Assembly: GCA_965204755.1 (NCBI GenBank)
Contig: OZ242011.1
Coordinates: 448,001 to 512,000, forward strand
Reading direction: 5' to 3'
Source of the DNA: Candidatus Marinacidobacterium sp.
Lineage (GTDB): Bacteria; Acidobacteriota; Vicinamibacteria; Marinacidobacterales; Marinacidobacteraceae
Length of the DNA: 64,000 bases
Shown: positions 37,835-47,121 of the stretch, piece after piece
Layout: each line of letters opens with the position of its first letter
Position numbering within the stretch: position 1 is the stretch's first letter
The notes under the pieces: model-generated
What the model was told of the DNA's origin: nothing
The model's input: the letters and a program-made list of their open reading frames with translations, nothing else
The model's database searches: none
Made by a program: the position numbers and the translations under genes

Positions 37835-40800
37835 ATGCCGACGCTCCGCTCGCCGTCTTCTTCGCCGCCGGCCCTCGCCGCGGCGCTCCTCGTCCCGTTC
37901 GCCGCGGCGGCGGGTTTCGCGCAGGACCAAACGCCCGCGGTAACCGCCGAACTCCTTTCGGGGCTCGAGTGGCGCGGCATCGGCCCCGGCGCGCGGTCGG
38001 GCCGCGTCGCCGATGTGGCGGTGGACCCGACCGACCGCGCCACCTGGTACGCGGCGATCGCTTCCGGCGGCGCCTTCCGCACGAAGAACCGCGGCACCAC
38101 CTGGGAACCCATCTTCGAGGACTACCCGGTCTATTCCGTCGCGACCATCGTCATCGACCCGAAGAACCCGAATGTCCTGTGGCTCGGAACCGGCGAGAAC
38201 AACGGCCAGCGCTCCGTGGGTTACGGCAACGGCGTGTACCGGAGCCGCGACGCCGGCGACTCGTTCGAGCACCTGGGCCTTCCCGAGTCGGAACATATCG
38301 GCAAGATCGTCCTGGACCCGCGCGACAGCGAGACCGTCTATGTCGCGGCGCAGGGGCCGCTCTGGCGCGCCGGGGGCGACCGCGGCCTCTACAAGACCAC
38401 CGACGCCGGGAAAACCTGGGAACGCGTCCTCCACATCTCCGAGGACACCGGCATCAGCGATGCGGTGCTCGACCCCCGCGACCCGGACATCGTGTACGCC
38501 GCCTCCTGGCAGCGCCGCCGCCATACCGGGCTGCTCGTCGCCGGAGGCCCGGAAGGCGGGATCCACAAGTCCGAAGACGGCGGCGCCACCTGGCGGCGGC
38601 TGACGCGCGGCCTCCCCTCGCCGACCCGCCACGACATCGGCCGCATCGGGCTCGCCGTTTCACCGCACGACCCGGACATCCTCTACGCGCTCATCGCCGC
38701 CTCCGACGACGCGAGCGGCTTCTACCGCTCCACCGACCGGGGGGAGAGTTGGGAGAAGCGCAGCGACTACATCTGCGTGGACCCGCAGTACTACATGGAG
38801 ATCTTCCCCGACCCCCACCGGCCCGGGCGCGTCTATTCCATGGATGTGGTGACGCAGGTGACGGACGACGGGGGCAAGACCTTCCGCGGCGTCAACACCC
38901 GCTGGAAGCATGTGGACAACCACGACCTGGAGTTCGACCCCGACGACCCCGACTACCTGATGATGGCCTCCGACGGCGGCATCTACGAGAGTTGGGACCT
39001 CGGCGAACACTGGAAGTTCCACGCGAACCAGGACATCACCCAGTTCTACCGGGTGGGCATCGACAACGACTTCCCTTTCTACAATGTGTACGGCGGCACG
39101 CAGGACAACGCCACGCTGGGAGGGCCGTCGCGCACGGTGAATGTGCACGGCATCACGAACGCCGACTGGCTGGATGTGATCGGCGGGGACGGTTTCCAGG
39201 CGCGTGTGGATCCGGAGGATCCGAACATCGTCTATGCGCAGTTCCAGTACGCCGGGATCGCGCGGTTCGACCGGCGCACCGGCGAGCGCGTGGACATCCA
39301 GCCCCAGTCGGAGCCGGGGGATCCCCCGCTCAAGTGGAACTGGGATTCGCCGCTGCTGATTTCGCCGCACGACCCGGCGCGGCTCTACTTCGGGGCGAAC
39401 CGCCTCTACCGCAGCGACGACCGGGCGAACGGTTGGACGCCGATCAGCGGCGACCTCACCCGCGGGATCGCCCGTTCGGAACGGCCGGTCATGGGCCGGT
39501 CGTGGAGCGTGGACGCGGTCTGGCGCAATGTGTTCACTTCGACCTACGGCAACATGGTCGCTCTCGACGAATCGCCGCTGGTCGAAGGGCTCCTCTATAC
39601 CGGCATGGACGACGGGCTGATCCAGGTCAGCGGCGACGGCGGCCTCGAGTGGCGCGCGGTGGACCAAGTTCCCGGCGTGCCGCCGCTCACCTATGTGGCG
39701 GACCTCCATGCTTCGCGGCATCATGAAAACCGCGTCTACGGCGTCTTCAACAACCACAAGCAGGGCGACTTCCGCCCTTATGTGATGCGGAGCGACGACC
39801 GGGGCGTCACCTGGGAAGACATCACCGGCGACCTCCCCGAAGACCAACTCGCCTGGACGCTGGTCGAGGACCCGGGACAGGACGGCCTGTTGTTCCTGGG
39901 AACCGAGTTCGGGCTCTTCTTCACGAACGACGGCGGCGGGAAGTGGGTCCGGCTGAAGGGCGGCCTGCCGACGATCCCGGTGCGCGACCTGGAAATCCAG
40001 GCGCGGGAGAACGACCTGGTGGCGGCGACTTTCGGCCGCGGCTTCTACATCCTCGACGACTACACCCCGCTGCGCCACCTCTCGCCGGAGACACTCGCCG
40101 CGGAGGCCTTCGTCTTCCCGGTGAAGGATCCGTGGATGTATGTCGAGGCGAATCCGCTCGGCGGCGGCGAGAAGTCGCAGCGGGGCGACGCCTTCTTCAC
40201 CGCGCCCAATCCCCCGTTCGGCGCGGTCGTCACCTACTACCTGAAGAAACCGGTGCGCTCGCTGCGCGAAGAGCGGCGCGAGCGCGAACGCGCGAACGCG
40301 GCCGCCGGGGAACCCCTGCCCTATCCCGCCTGGGACGCGCTGCGGGCGGAAGACCGCGAGGAGGCCCCGGCGCTCTCCGTCGTGATCCGGGACGAGTCCG
40401 GCGGTTTCGTCCGGCGCATTCCCGCGCCGATGACCGCCGGCATCCACCGGGTGGCCTGGGACCTCCGGCACGCCGACCCGGCCGCTCCCGGCGCGGGCGG
40501 GCGCGGACGCCGGGGCGGCCCGCTGGCGATGCCGGGCCGTTACACCGCCGAACTGGCGCTTCGTTCCGGCGGAACTTCCCGGCGATTGACGGAGCCCGCG
40601 GGTTTCACGCCGAAACTCCTCGTCCGCGCCGGAGTCCCCGAGTCCGACGCCGCGGCGAGGGGCCGGTTCCAGGCCGAAGTCGCGGCTCTCTGGCGGCGCG
40701 TGCTGGGCGCGGCCGCGGCGCTCGGGGCGTCCGTCGAACGCGTGGAGGCGCTGCTCGCCGCCCTCGACCACTCCGGCGCGCCGGCGGAGATGCGCGAACG

Positions 40801-41107
40801 CGGCGCGGCGATCCGCAGCGGCCTGCTCGACCTGCGCGTCGAATTCTTCGGCGACGACAGCGTCCGTTCCCGCCGGGAAGCCGTCGCCCCCGGCATCCGC
40901 GACCGCCTCCAGCGCGTCGTCGGCGCCTTCTGGTCCACCGCCGACCCCACCCAAACCCACCGCCGCCAGGCGGAGATCGCCCGCGAACAATTCGAACCGG
41001 CGAACGCGGCGCTCATCCGACTGGTCGAAGAAGACTTGGCCGCCCTCGAAGCCGAAGCCGACGCCGCGGGCGTCCCCTGGACCCCGGGCCGCCGCCTGCC
41101 CCGGTAG
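37835..41107 (+). CDS. Secreted VPS10/BNR-repeat glycosyl hydrolase-like protein
   Basis: Repeated S.D.G.(T/S)W BNR motifs, GG.QDN, GTEFG, ATFGRG.YILDD. Confidence 0.85.
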   Translation: MPTLRSPSSSPPALAAALLVPFAAAAGFAQDQTPAVTAELLSGLEWRGIGPGARSGRVADVAVDPTDRATWYAAIASGGAFRTKNRGTTWEPIFEDYPVYSVATIVIDPKNPNVLWLGTGENNGQRSVGYGNGVYRSRDAGDSFEHLGLPESEHIGKIVLDPRDSETVYVAAQGPLWRAGGDRGLYKTTDAGKTWERVLHISEDTGISDAVLDPRDPDIVYAASWQRRRHTGLLVAGGPEGGIHKSEDGGATWRRLTRGLPSPTRHDIGRIGLAVSPHDPDILYALIAASDDASGFYRSTDRGESWEKRSDYICVDPQYYMEIFPDPHRPGRVYSMDVVTQVTDDGGKTFRGVNTRWKHVDNHDLEFDPDDPDYLMMASDGGIYESWDLGEHWKFHANQDITQFYRVGIDNDFPFYNVYGGTQDNATLGGPSRTVNVHGITNADWLDVIGGDGFQARVDPEDPNIVYAQFQYAGIARFDRRTGERVDIQPQSEPGDPPLKWNWDSPLLISPHDPARLYFGANRLYRSDDRANGWTPISGDLTRGIARSERPVMGRSWSVDAVWRNVFTSTYGNMVALDESPLVEGLLYTGMDDGLIQVSGDGGLEWRAVDQVPGVPPLTYVADLHASRHHENRVYGVFNNHKQGDFRPYVMRSDDRGVTWEDITGDLPEDQLAWTLVEDPGQDGLLFLGTEFGLFFTNDGGGKWVRLKGGLPTIPVRDLEIQARENDLVAATFGRGFYILDDYTPLRHLSPETLAAEAFVFPVKDPWMYVEANPLGGGEKSQRGDAFFTAPNPPFGAVVTYYLKKPVRSLREERRERERANAAAGEPLPYPAWDALRAEDREEAPALSVVIRDESGGFVRRIPAPMTAGIHRVAWDLRHADPAAPGAGGRGRRGGPLAMPGRYTAELALRSGGTSRRLTEPAGFTPKLLVRAGVPESDAAARGRFQAEVAALWRRVLGAAAALGASVERVEALLAALDHSGAPAEMRERGAAIRSGLLDLRVEFFGDDSVRSRREAVAPGIRDRLQRVVGAFWSTADPTQTHRRQAEIAREQFEPANAALIRLVEEDLAALEAEADAAGVPWTPGRRLPR

Positions 41108-41128
41108 TCTCCGGGCGAGTCCGCCGCC

Positions 41129-42364
41129 ATGCTCCGTCGTTTCGCCGTCCGCGGCTTCAAGTCGCTCCGCGACATCGACATCGAGATGCCCCGGTTCTCG
41201 GTGTTCCTCGGTCCGAACGCCGCGGGAAAGAGCAACCTGCTCGACGCGATCCAGGCGTTCTCCCGCATCGGTTCTTCCCGCACGCTCGGCGAGGCGATGA
41301 ACGGCGACCTGCGCGGCTTCCCGATCGAGGCGTTCTCCTTCCCCGCCGGCGGCTTCGAGGAACTCCTCTCCTCACCGACGGCGCACTTCGACTTCGAGGC
41401 CGAGTTGACGACGGGAAAGCGCCGGGGTCAGCGATACCGCTACGGCGTCTCCGTCGAGATCAACTGCCGGTCAGGAGCCCTCAGCGCCCGGCGGGAGAGT
41501 CTCGTTCCGCTCACGGCCGGCGGCTCGCCGAAGCGCAGTCCTGTCATCGAGACGGCGGACGACGCAGTCGTTGTCCGCCAGCGCGGTCGCGGCCACCCGC
41601 GAAAGGAGCCCTTGGATCGTCCCTTCGCGGCGCTGTCCGACCCCCGCTTCACCGATCCCGACCACGAACCGGTGCGGAGCGTCCGGGACGAACTCGTCGG
41701 TTGGCGGACCTACCACCTCGACCCCCGGGTGCCGATGCGAAGCGGCTGGCCGCCCCTCGATGTCCGCGATATCGGCGTATACGGCCAACACCTGGCGCCG
41801 TACCTGTATCGCCTTCGCCACGAACACCCCAAGCGCTACGCCGCCGTACGGCGCGCCCTGCGAGTCCTGGTTCCCGACATCGAGGAGTTGGAGGTCCGCG
41901 TGAACCACGCTCACGGCAAACTCGAACTGTGGATCCGGCAAGATGGAATCAGTTTTTCTTCCCGCGTCGTCTCCGAGGGGACATTACGAGTCTTGGCCCT
42001 GGCGATCTTGGCCGTGGATCCGTGGGCAGGCTCCCTCGTGGCGTTCGAAGAGCCGGAGGTCGGCGCGCACCCGCGCCGCGTCGAGTTGATCGCCGACTTG
42101 TTGTATTCCCTCGCCCGCGAACGCAAACGCCAGGTCGTCGTCGCAACACATTCACCGCTGTTCTGTGACGCGGTCCTGAGGAAGGCGCGAGAAAACGACC
42201 GGAACATCGGCCTGTTCGCCGTGGGGCGTAAGGAGCGAGCCACCTGCATCCGACGGCTCGATCTCTCCGGCCCCCTCTTCAACGATCCGAGAATCCGGGA
42301 TGCCCTGAGCAGCGACGACGCCGTGTTCGAGTCGCTGTTCGCGCACGGCTTCCTCGACAACTGA
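41129..42364 (+). CDS. ABC-type/AAA_21 ATPase, copy 3 (no DUF4276 partner)
   Basis: GFKSL, GPNAAGKSN, SEGTLR, FEEPE, ATHS; paralog of 5379 and 7625. Confidence 0.85.
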   Translation: MLRRFAVRGFKSLRDIDIEMPRFSVFLGPNAAGKSNLLDAIQAFSRIGSSRTLGEAMNGDLRGFPIEAFSFPAGGFEELLSSPTAHFDFEAELTTGKRRGQRYRYGVSVEINCRSGALSARRESLVPLTAGGSPKRSPVIETADDAVVVRQRGRGHPRKEPLDRPFAALSDPRFTDPDHEPVRSVRDELVGWRTYHLDPRVPMRSGWPPLDVRDIGVYGQHLAPYLYRLRHEHPKRYAAVRRALRVLVPDIEELEVRVNHAHGKLELWIRQDGISFSSRVVSEGTLRVLALAILAVDPWAGSLVAFEEPEVGAHPRRVELIADLLYSLARERKRQVVVATHSPLFCDAVLRKARENDRNIGLFAVGRKERATCIRRLDLSGPLFNDPRIRDALSSDDAVFESLFAHGFLDN

Positions 42365-42462
42365 GCCGTTGGCGCTCGATCCCGCCGCCGGCGCCCGAAC
42401 CCTCGACTTGCTCTCACGCGCCGCCCACCTCCCCGGGATTCCCGGCCGACCCCGGTAGTCGA

Positions 42463-43437
42463 ATGCCGAACGGTCCGGCCGCGCATCCGCCCGCCGACGG
42501 CGAAGCCCGAAGCGCGGGTCTTCCGGCCTCCCCCGGCGGCCGGCTCCCGTTCCGGGGCGAACCCCGGCCCCGCGCCGCCGCGCCCTTCCTCATCCTGAAC
42601 GCGAAGTCGCGGCCCGCGCTTCCGTCGCTCTCGAAGCCGCTGATGCTCTGCGGGGACGCCTACGAGGCGTTGGACCTCCTGCCGGCGGAGTCCGTCTCCA
42701 CCGTGGTCACTTCCCCGCCCTACTGGTCGCTCCGGGACTACGGGGTCGAAGAGCAGACCGGCGCCGTCGAGCCGCTCGACTCGTACATCCGGGCAGTGAC
42801 GCGCGTGTTCCGGAAACTCCGCCGCGTCCTCCGGGACGACGGTTCCGTCTGGCTGAATGTCGGCGATGTCTATACCTCCGGGAACCGTACGACCCGGGCG
42901 CCGGACCGGAAGAACCGGGTGCGCCGCATGAACTTCCGCCCGCGGACGCCTACCGGTCTGAAGCCCAAGGACCTGATCGGCATTCCATGGCGGCTGGCGT
43001 TCGCGCTCCAGGCCGACGGATGGTGGCTGCGGTCCGAAGTGATCTGGACGAAACCGAATGCGCACCCGGAGTCCGTTCGGGATCGTCCGACGAAGTCCCA
43101 CGAGACGGTTTTCCTGCTTACGAAGCAGCAGGACTACCACTACGACCTGGAGGCCGTGCGCGGCCCCAACGGCCGGCGTCTCCGCACCACTTGGGAAATC
43201 CCCACGGATCCCCAGCGCGCAAACGGCCCGGGCGCCGCGCACCCGGCCGTGATGCCGCTCGCCCTCGCCCGCCGCTGCATTGCCATCACCTGCCCCGCGG
43301 GCGGCGTCGTCCTCGACCCCTACGCCGGCTCGGGAACCACCCTGCTCGCGGCCCGGCAGTTGGGCCGCTGCTGGGTCGGCATCGAGTTGAACCCGGACTA
43401 TGTGCAGTTGATTTCCCGGCGTCTCTCCTCGTCGTGA
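42463..43437 (+). CDS. Amino-DNA methyltransferase, beta class (probably N4-cytosine)
   Basis: TSPPY precedes DPYAGSGTT; KPKDLIGIPWRLAFALQ.DGW and ESVRDRPT resemble the M.SmaI group. Confidence 0.9.
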   Translation: MPNGPAAHPPADGEARSAGLPASPGGRLPFRGEPRPRAAAPFLILNAKSRPALPSLSKPLMLCGDAYEALDLLPAESVSTVVTSPPYWSLRDYGVEEQTGAVEPLDSYIRAVTRVFRKLRRVLRDDGSVWLNVGDVYTSGNRTTRAPDRKNRVRRMNFRPRTPTGLKPKDLIGIPWRLAFALQADGWWLRSEVIWTKPNAHPESVRDRPTKSHETVFLLTKQQDYHYDLEAVRGPNGRRLRTTWEIPTDPQRANGPGAAHPAVMPLALARRCIAITCPAGGVVLDPYAGSGTTLLAARQLGRCWVGIELNPDYVQLISRRLSSS

Positions 43438-44183
43438 CCCATCGCGAACTCAAGAACGCCATCGATCGGCTCTCGCCGACCGCCGTCCGCTTCGTCGCCC
43501 GAGTCGTCGACTCGCTGACCGACCCGCCGCGCGCCGATGTCTTCTCCGAGGGCACCTGGATCACCGGCTCCGCCGAGTGGATGGAGTACTTCACCCTGGC
43601 TCTCTCCGTCCATCACTCCGCCACGACCGAGCCGCTGGGCCTGCGGGGCTTCGAATCGGTGTTTCGCAGCGCGTGCGAACACGCCGGCTGGACCGTGGAC
43701 GAACCGGGCTCCCCGACGAGGCGCTTCCTCGACCTCGAGGTTCGACGCGGGAGCGAACTTCGCCGGCTCTCGCTCAAGACCACCGCCGCGCGGAAACTCT
43801 CGGAAACGACGCTCCACATCTCGAAGTTGACTGAAGCGGCGTGGATTCAGGACACGCGCAAGCCGCGAGACCGGAAAGATCGCATCCTCCGGTTGTTTCG
43901 GGAGTACGCCGACGGCGTGGACTCCATCGTCATGCTGCGCGCCTTTCGCCGGGAGCCGCAGGTGACGCCGCATCGTTACCAACTGGTCGAGGTCCCCACC
44001 GCGCTCTTCGACTCGATCCAGGACCTGCCGGTAGAGGCCTTCGAGAGCGACGCCCCCGTCCTGCCCTGTATGCGGGACGGCGAAGTCGCCGCCTCCATCG
44101 CCGTGGACCGCTCCGACGCCAAGATCACCGTGCGGAATGTCCGCGTGGCATCCTGCATTCGCCATGCGGAATGGTTCTCCTGA
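43434..44183 (+). CDS. SmaI-like type II restriction endonuclease
   Basis: HH motif, D...SLKT, LHISKL.E, YQLVEVP and C..H..W resemble R.SmaI as recalled; translationally coupled (GTGA) to the MTase. Confidence 0.7.
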   Translation: MTHRELKNAIDRLSPTAVRFVARVVDSLTDPPRADVFSEGTWITGSAEWMEYFTLALSVHHSATTEPLGLRGFESVFRSACEHAGWTVDEPGSPTRRFLDLEVRRGSELRRLSLKTTAARKLSETTLHISKLTEAAWIQDTRKPRDRKDRILRLFREYADGVDSIVMLRAFRREPQVTPHRYQLVEVPTALFDSIQDLPVEAFESDAPVLPCMRDGEVAASIAVDRSDAKITVRNVRVASCIRHAEWFS

Positions 44184-44282
44184 ATCGCGGCGGCACCTGA
44201 GCGGAGGCCGGGACAGGCGGGCATAACCTTGAATGGCGGAAGACCATGTTCAAGGATCGTTCGCTATCATTGATCTGCGGCC

Positions 44283-45545
44283 ATGGCTCGGTTGGAAGAA
44301 CGGCGCTGGGAGGGGGATACCTCCGGTTCGACTCGGCGAGACCGGCGGCCCGGGCGCTACTCGGTCTATCTGCCGGACCCGCTGGTCGGGCGGAGGTTCG
44401 TACTCGACGGCGCGGTCGCAGCCGATGTCGCGCGGGCCGAGGTGGCCCTGGCGCGGTTCGAGGAGAGAGGAGCGGTCATCGCCGGGGGTGAAGGGATCGC
44501 GCGGCTCCTGCGCCGCGCCGAAGCGATGGCCTCGTCCCGGATCGAGGGGCTGGTCATCGGCGGACGGCGACTGCTGCGGATGGCCGCCGCGCGGCGACTC
44601 GGGGACTCGCCGTGGGATCCGACCGCGAACGAAGTGCTGGGAAACATCGAAGCGATGGAATGGGGGATCGCGGCCGTCACGCCGGGAGGAGAAATTCGCG
44701 GCGAAGCCGTGCTGGAAGCGCATCGCCGTCTGGTCGCCGGAACCGGGATCGAAGAGCATGGAGGCGCCCTCCGCCGGGTGCAGAACTGGATCGGCGGGAG
44801 TTTCCACAGCCCCTGCTTCGCCGACTTCGTCCCGCCCCCGCCGGAGGCCGTTCCGGCGCTGCTCGAGGACCTGTGGGCGTTCTGCAACGAGGACACGCTG
44901 CCGGCGCTCGCGCAGGCGGCGGTCGCGCACGCCCGGTTCGAGACGATCCATCCGTTCGTGGACGGGAACGGGAGAACGGGCCGGGTGCTGATCCACATGG
45001 TCCTGCGGCGGCGCGGATTCGGTCGGCGCGCGCTGGCGCCGGTGTCGGTGATCCTCGCGGCGCTCGTGGACGACTATGTGCGCGGGCTCGTCGGAACGCG
45101 CCAGGTCGGGGCGGCCGATTCCTCGGAGGCGCACGAGGGCTACGACTACTGGATCGAGTTCTTCGCCAACGCGTGCCTCCGCGCCGTCGAGGACGCCCAC
45201 CGTTTCGCGGAGCGCGTCCGGGCGCTGCAGTCGGAATGGAGGGCTCGCGTCGGCCCGGTCCGGCGCGACTCCGCCGCCGCGCGCCTCATCGAAGCGCTCC
45301 CGTCCGCACCCGTGTTGACCACGGCCACCGCCGCTACGCTCGTCGAGCGTTCGTTCCAAGCCACGACCCTGGCGATGAACCGCTTGGTGGACGCGGGCGT
45401 CCTCGTCCGGGTGAATGTGGGCCGCCGCAACCGCGCCTTCGAGGCGCCGGAGTTGATCGACGCCTTCAACGCGCTGGAGCGGCGCCTCGCCGCCCCCGTC
45501 GCGGACACGCGCCTCTCGGCGCCCACCGGCCGCGTTCCGGAATAG
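44283..45545 (+). CDS. Fic family protein with C-terminal HTH-like region
   Basis: HPFVDGNGRTGR, SSRIEG, RRVQNWIG. Confidence 0.92.
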   Translation: MARLEERRWEGDTSGSTRRDRRPGRYSVYLPDPLVGRRFVLDGAVAADVARAEVALARFEERGAVIAGGEGIARLLRRAEAMASSRIEGLVIGGRRLLRMAAARRLGDSPWDPTANEVLGNIEAMEWGIAAVTPGGEIRGEAVLEAHRRLVAGTGIEEHGGALRRVQNWIGGSFHSPCFADFVPPPPEAVPALLEDLWAFCNEDTLPALAQAAVAHARFETIHPFVDGNGRTGRVLIHMVLRRRGFGRRALAPVSVILAALVDDYVRGLVGTRQVGAADSSEAHEGYDYWIEFFANACLRAVEDAHRFAERVRALQSEWRARVGPVRRDSAAARLIEALPSAPVLTTATAATLVERSFQATTLAMNRLVDAGVLVRVNVGRRNRAFEAPELIDAFNALERRLAAPVADTRLSAPTGRVPE

Positions 45546-45587
45546 GCGGCGCCGGTCGCCGGGGGCGCGGGTGGCGCGGTCGACGCG

Positions 45588-47075
45588 TTACGGCTGCTTC
45601 TTCGCGCGCTGCGCGACCGGCAGTTCCACGGTGATGTCCCGCCCGAACCGAACACCGGCGACTTCGCAAGCCCAGCGGATCAGCTCCACCTTTCTGGGAC
45701 TTCCCATGTGCGTTCCGAGGAAGTAACCGCCCGGCAGTTCGCGGGCCGCCGACTTCGCCAGATGCGGGTGTCGCGGAAACAATTCCTCCCGACTGCGAGC
45801 GACATAGACGAGTTTCCTGCCTCTATGCCGCACTCCGAACTGCTCGCAGAACTTGGGGTCGTTCTTCGCAAAGACCGTGAAGATGGCCGCCAACAGGTCA
45901 GCGGAAGTCCGAAAGCGCTGCGTCTTCCCGCGCAGGGTGAAGGAGTAGGAACCCTCATGGACCGGACGCGCCTCGCGCCGAGGCGGAAGCGCGGGAGACG
46001 CGGGAGAAGAGCGGCGCTCCCGAAAACGGACGACGAGATCGCGACCGAACTCGAGTCCGGCGACTTGGCACGCTTTCTCGATGAGACGCCCCTTGTTCGG
46101 CATTCCCGCGTCGATCCACCAGCCGCCGGGCAGCCGAGCATGGGCCTTGCGCCGTCCGGGATCGAGGTCGTCGAGATTCCGCGACACTCGCTTCCCGCCG
46201 GACGGGGCGGCGGCGAACCGTTCCAGAAAGGCAGCGTCCCGCCGCGCGAGATCGGAGAAGACCGCGGCCAGCAACTCGGTATTCGTCCGGAAAGAACGAG
46301 TGGCCCCGTCGAGAGTAAAGGAAGCGCCCCCTTGCGGTGGAGTCGGAGTCGGGGCCGGACGAGGCGCGGGTACCGGTCGCGGTATCGGAGCCGGGGGGCG
46401 TTCCGTCCCGGTGTCTTGCAGGAACGAAACGACGGATTCGGCGGAAGGGGCGATGCCGCATTCGTCGCGGACGCGGGAGCGAACCAACTCGACGAGCGGC
46501 CCGTCGCGGTCTTCCGCGAGACGACTCCAGACGGAGGGGAGCGCTTCCTCGGCCTTTCGTTGGCGCCAGCGGGAATCGAGGTCGGCTTCGGCGCGCTTCC
46601 TGGCCTCGCCGTCCAGGACCGACTCGCGGGAGAGATAGCGGCGCAGGGCCGATGCGTTTCGTTCCGGATCGCCTTCCACCAGGTCCACCGCGGCGAAACG
46701 ACGATCCTCGAAACTCCCTTCGCCGGTGGTCAGGTAGAGCCGCCAACTTCGGCCGTCGGTGAGCGCGATGATCGGGGTCCCCTGGCGGAAGGCGTACGCG
46801 AACAACTGCTCCTCGCCGACCTCGATGTTCCCCACCCGCTTCACTTCCAGCAGCACCGACGGAGTGCGGAACTTGCCGATGAGCGCGTAGTCCACGCGGC
46901 GGCCCTGTATCGAGTACTCCCGGGTCACGACGGTGGTGTCGAAGACCGGCCAGTCGAGGTCGTTCAGCACGCGCATCACGATGCCCTGACTGACCTTCGC
47001 CTCGTCCGGGAACTCGCCCCGGCGGAGACGGTCGCGGATGTCCGCGATGGTCGCGGTCAGGGCTTCGGCGCTCAT
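45588..47075 (-). CDS. HsdR_N-like PD-(D/E)xK nuclease fused to two SeqA-C-like domains
   Basis: N-terminal EY...RVDYAL..LEVK..QL..YA..LTDG..W. After a Pro-rich linker come two internal repeats (FTL.G....FRT...LLAA.F...D..F.E.F...LPGG(W/Y)...AC.VAG..FGRD). Confidence 0.7.
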   Translation of the reverse strand: MSAEALTATIADIRDRLRRGEFPDEAKVSQGIVMRVLNDLDWPVFDTTVVTREYSIQGRRVDYALIGKFRTPSVLLEVKRVGNIEVGEEQLFAYAFRQGTPIIALTDGRSWRLYLTTGEGSFEDRRFAAVDLVEGDPERNASALRRYLSRESVLDGEARKRAEADLDSRWRQRKAEEALPSVWSRLAEDRDGPLVELVRSRVRDECGIAPSAESVVSFLQDTGTERPPAPIPRPVPAPRPAPTPTPPQGGASFTLDGATRSFRTNTELLAAVFSDLARRDAAFLERFAAAPSGGKRVSRNLDDLDPGRRKAHARLPGGWWIDAGMPNKGRLIEKACQVAGLEFGRDLVVRFRERRSSPASPALPPRREARPVHEGSYSFTLRGKTQRFRTSADLLAAIFTVFAKNDPKFCEQFGVRHRGRKLVYVARSREELFPRHPHLAKSAARELPGGYFLGTHMGSPRKVELIRWACEVAGVRFGRDITVELPVAQRAKKQP

Positions 47076-47121
47076 CGGTAGGTTCCGGCGAAGGGATCGG
47101 GGACGGCTGGCCCGGCGACTA

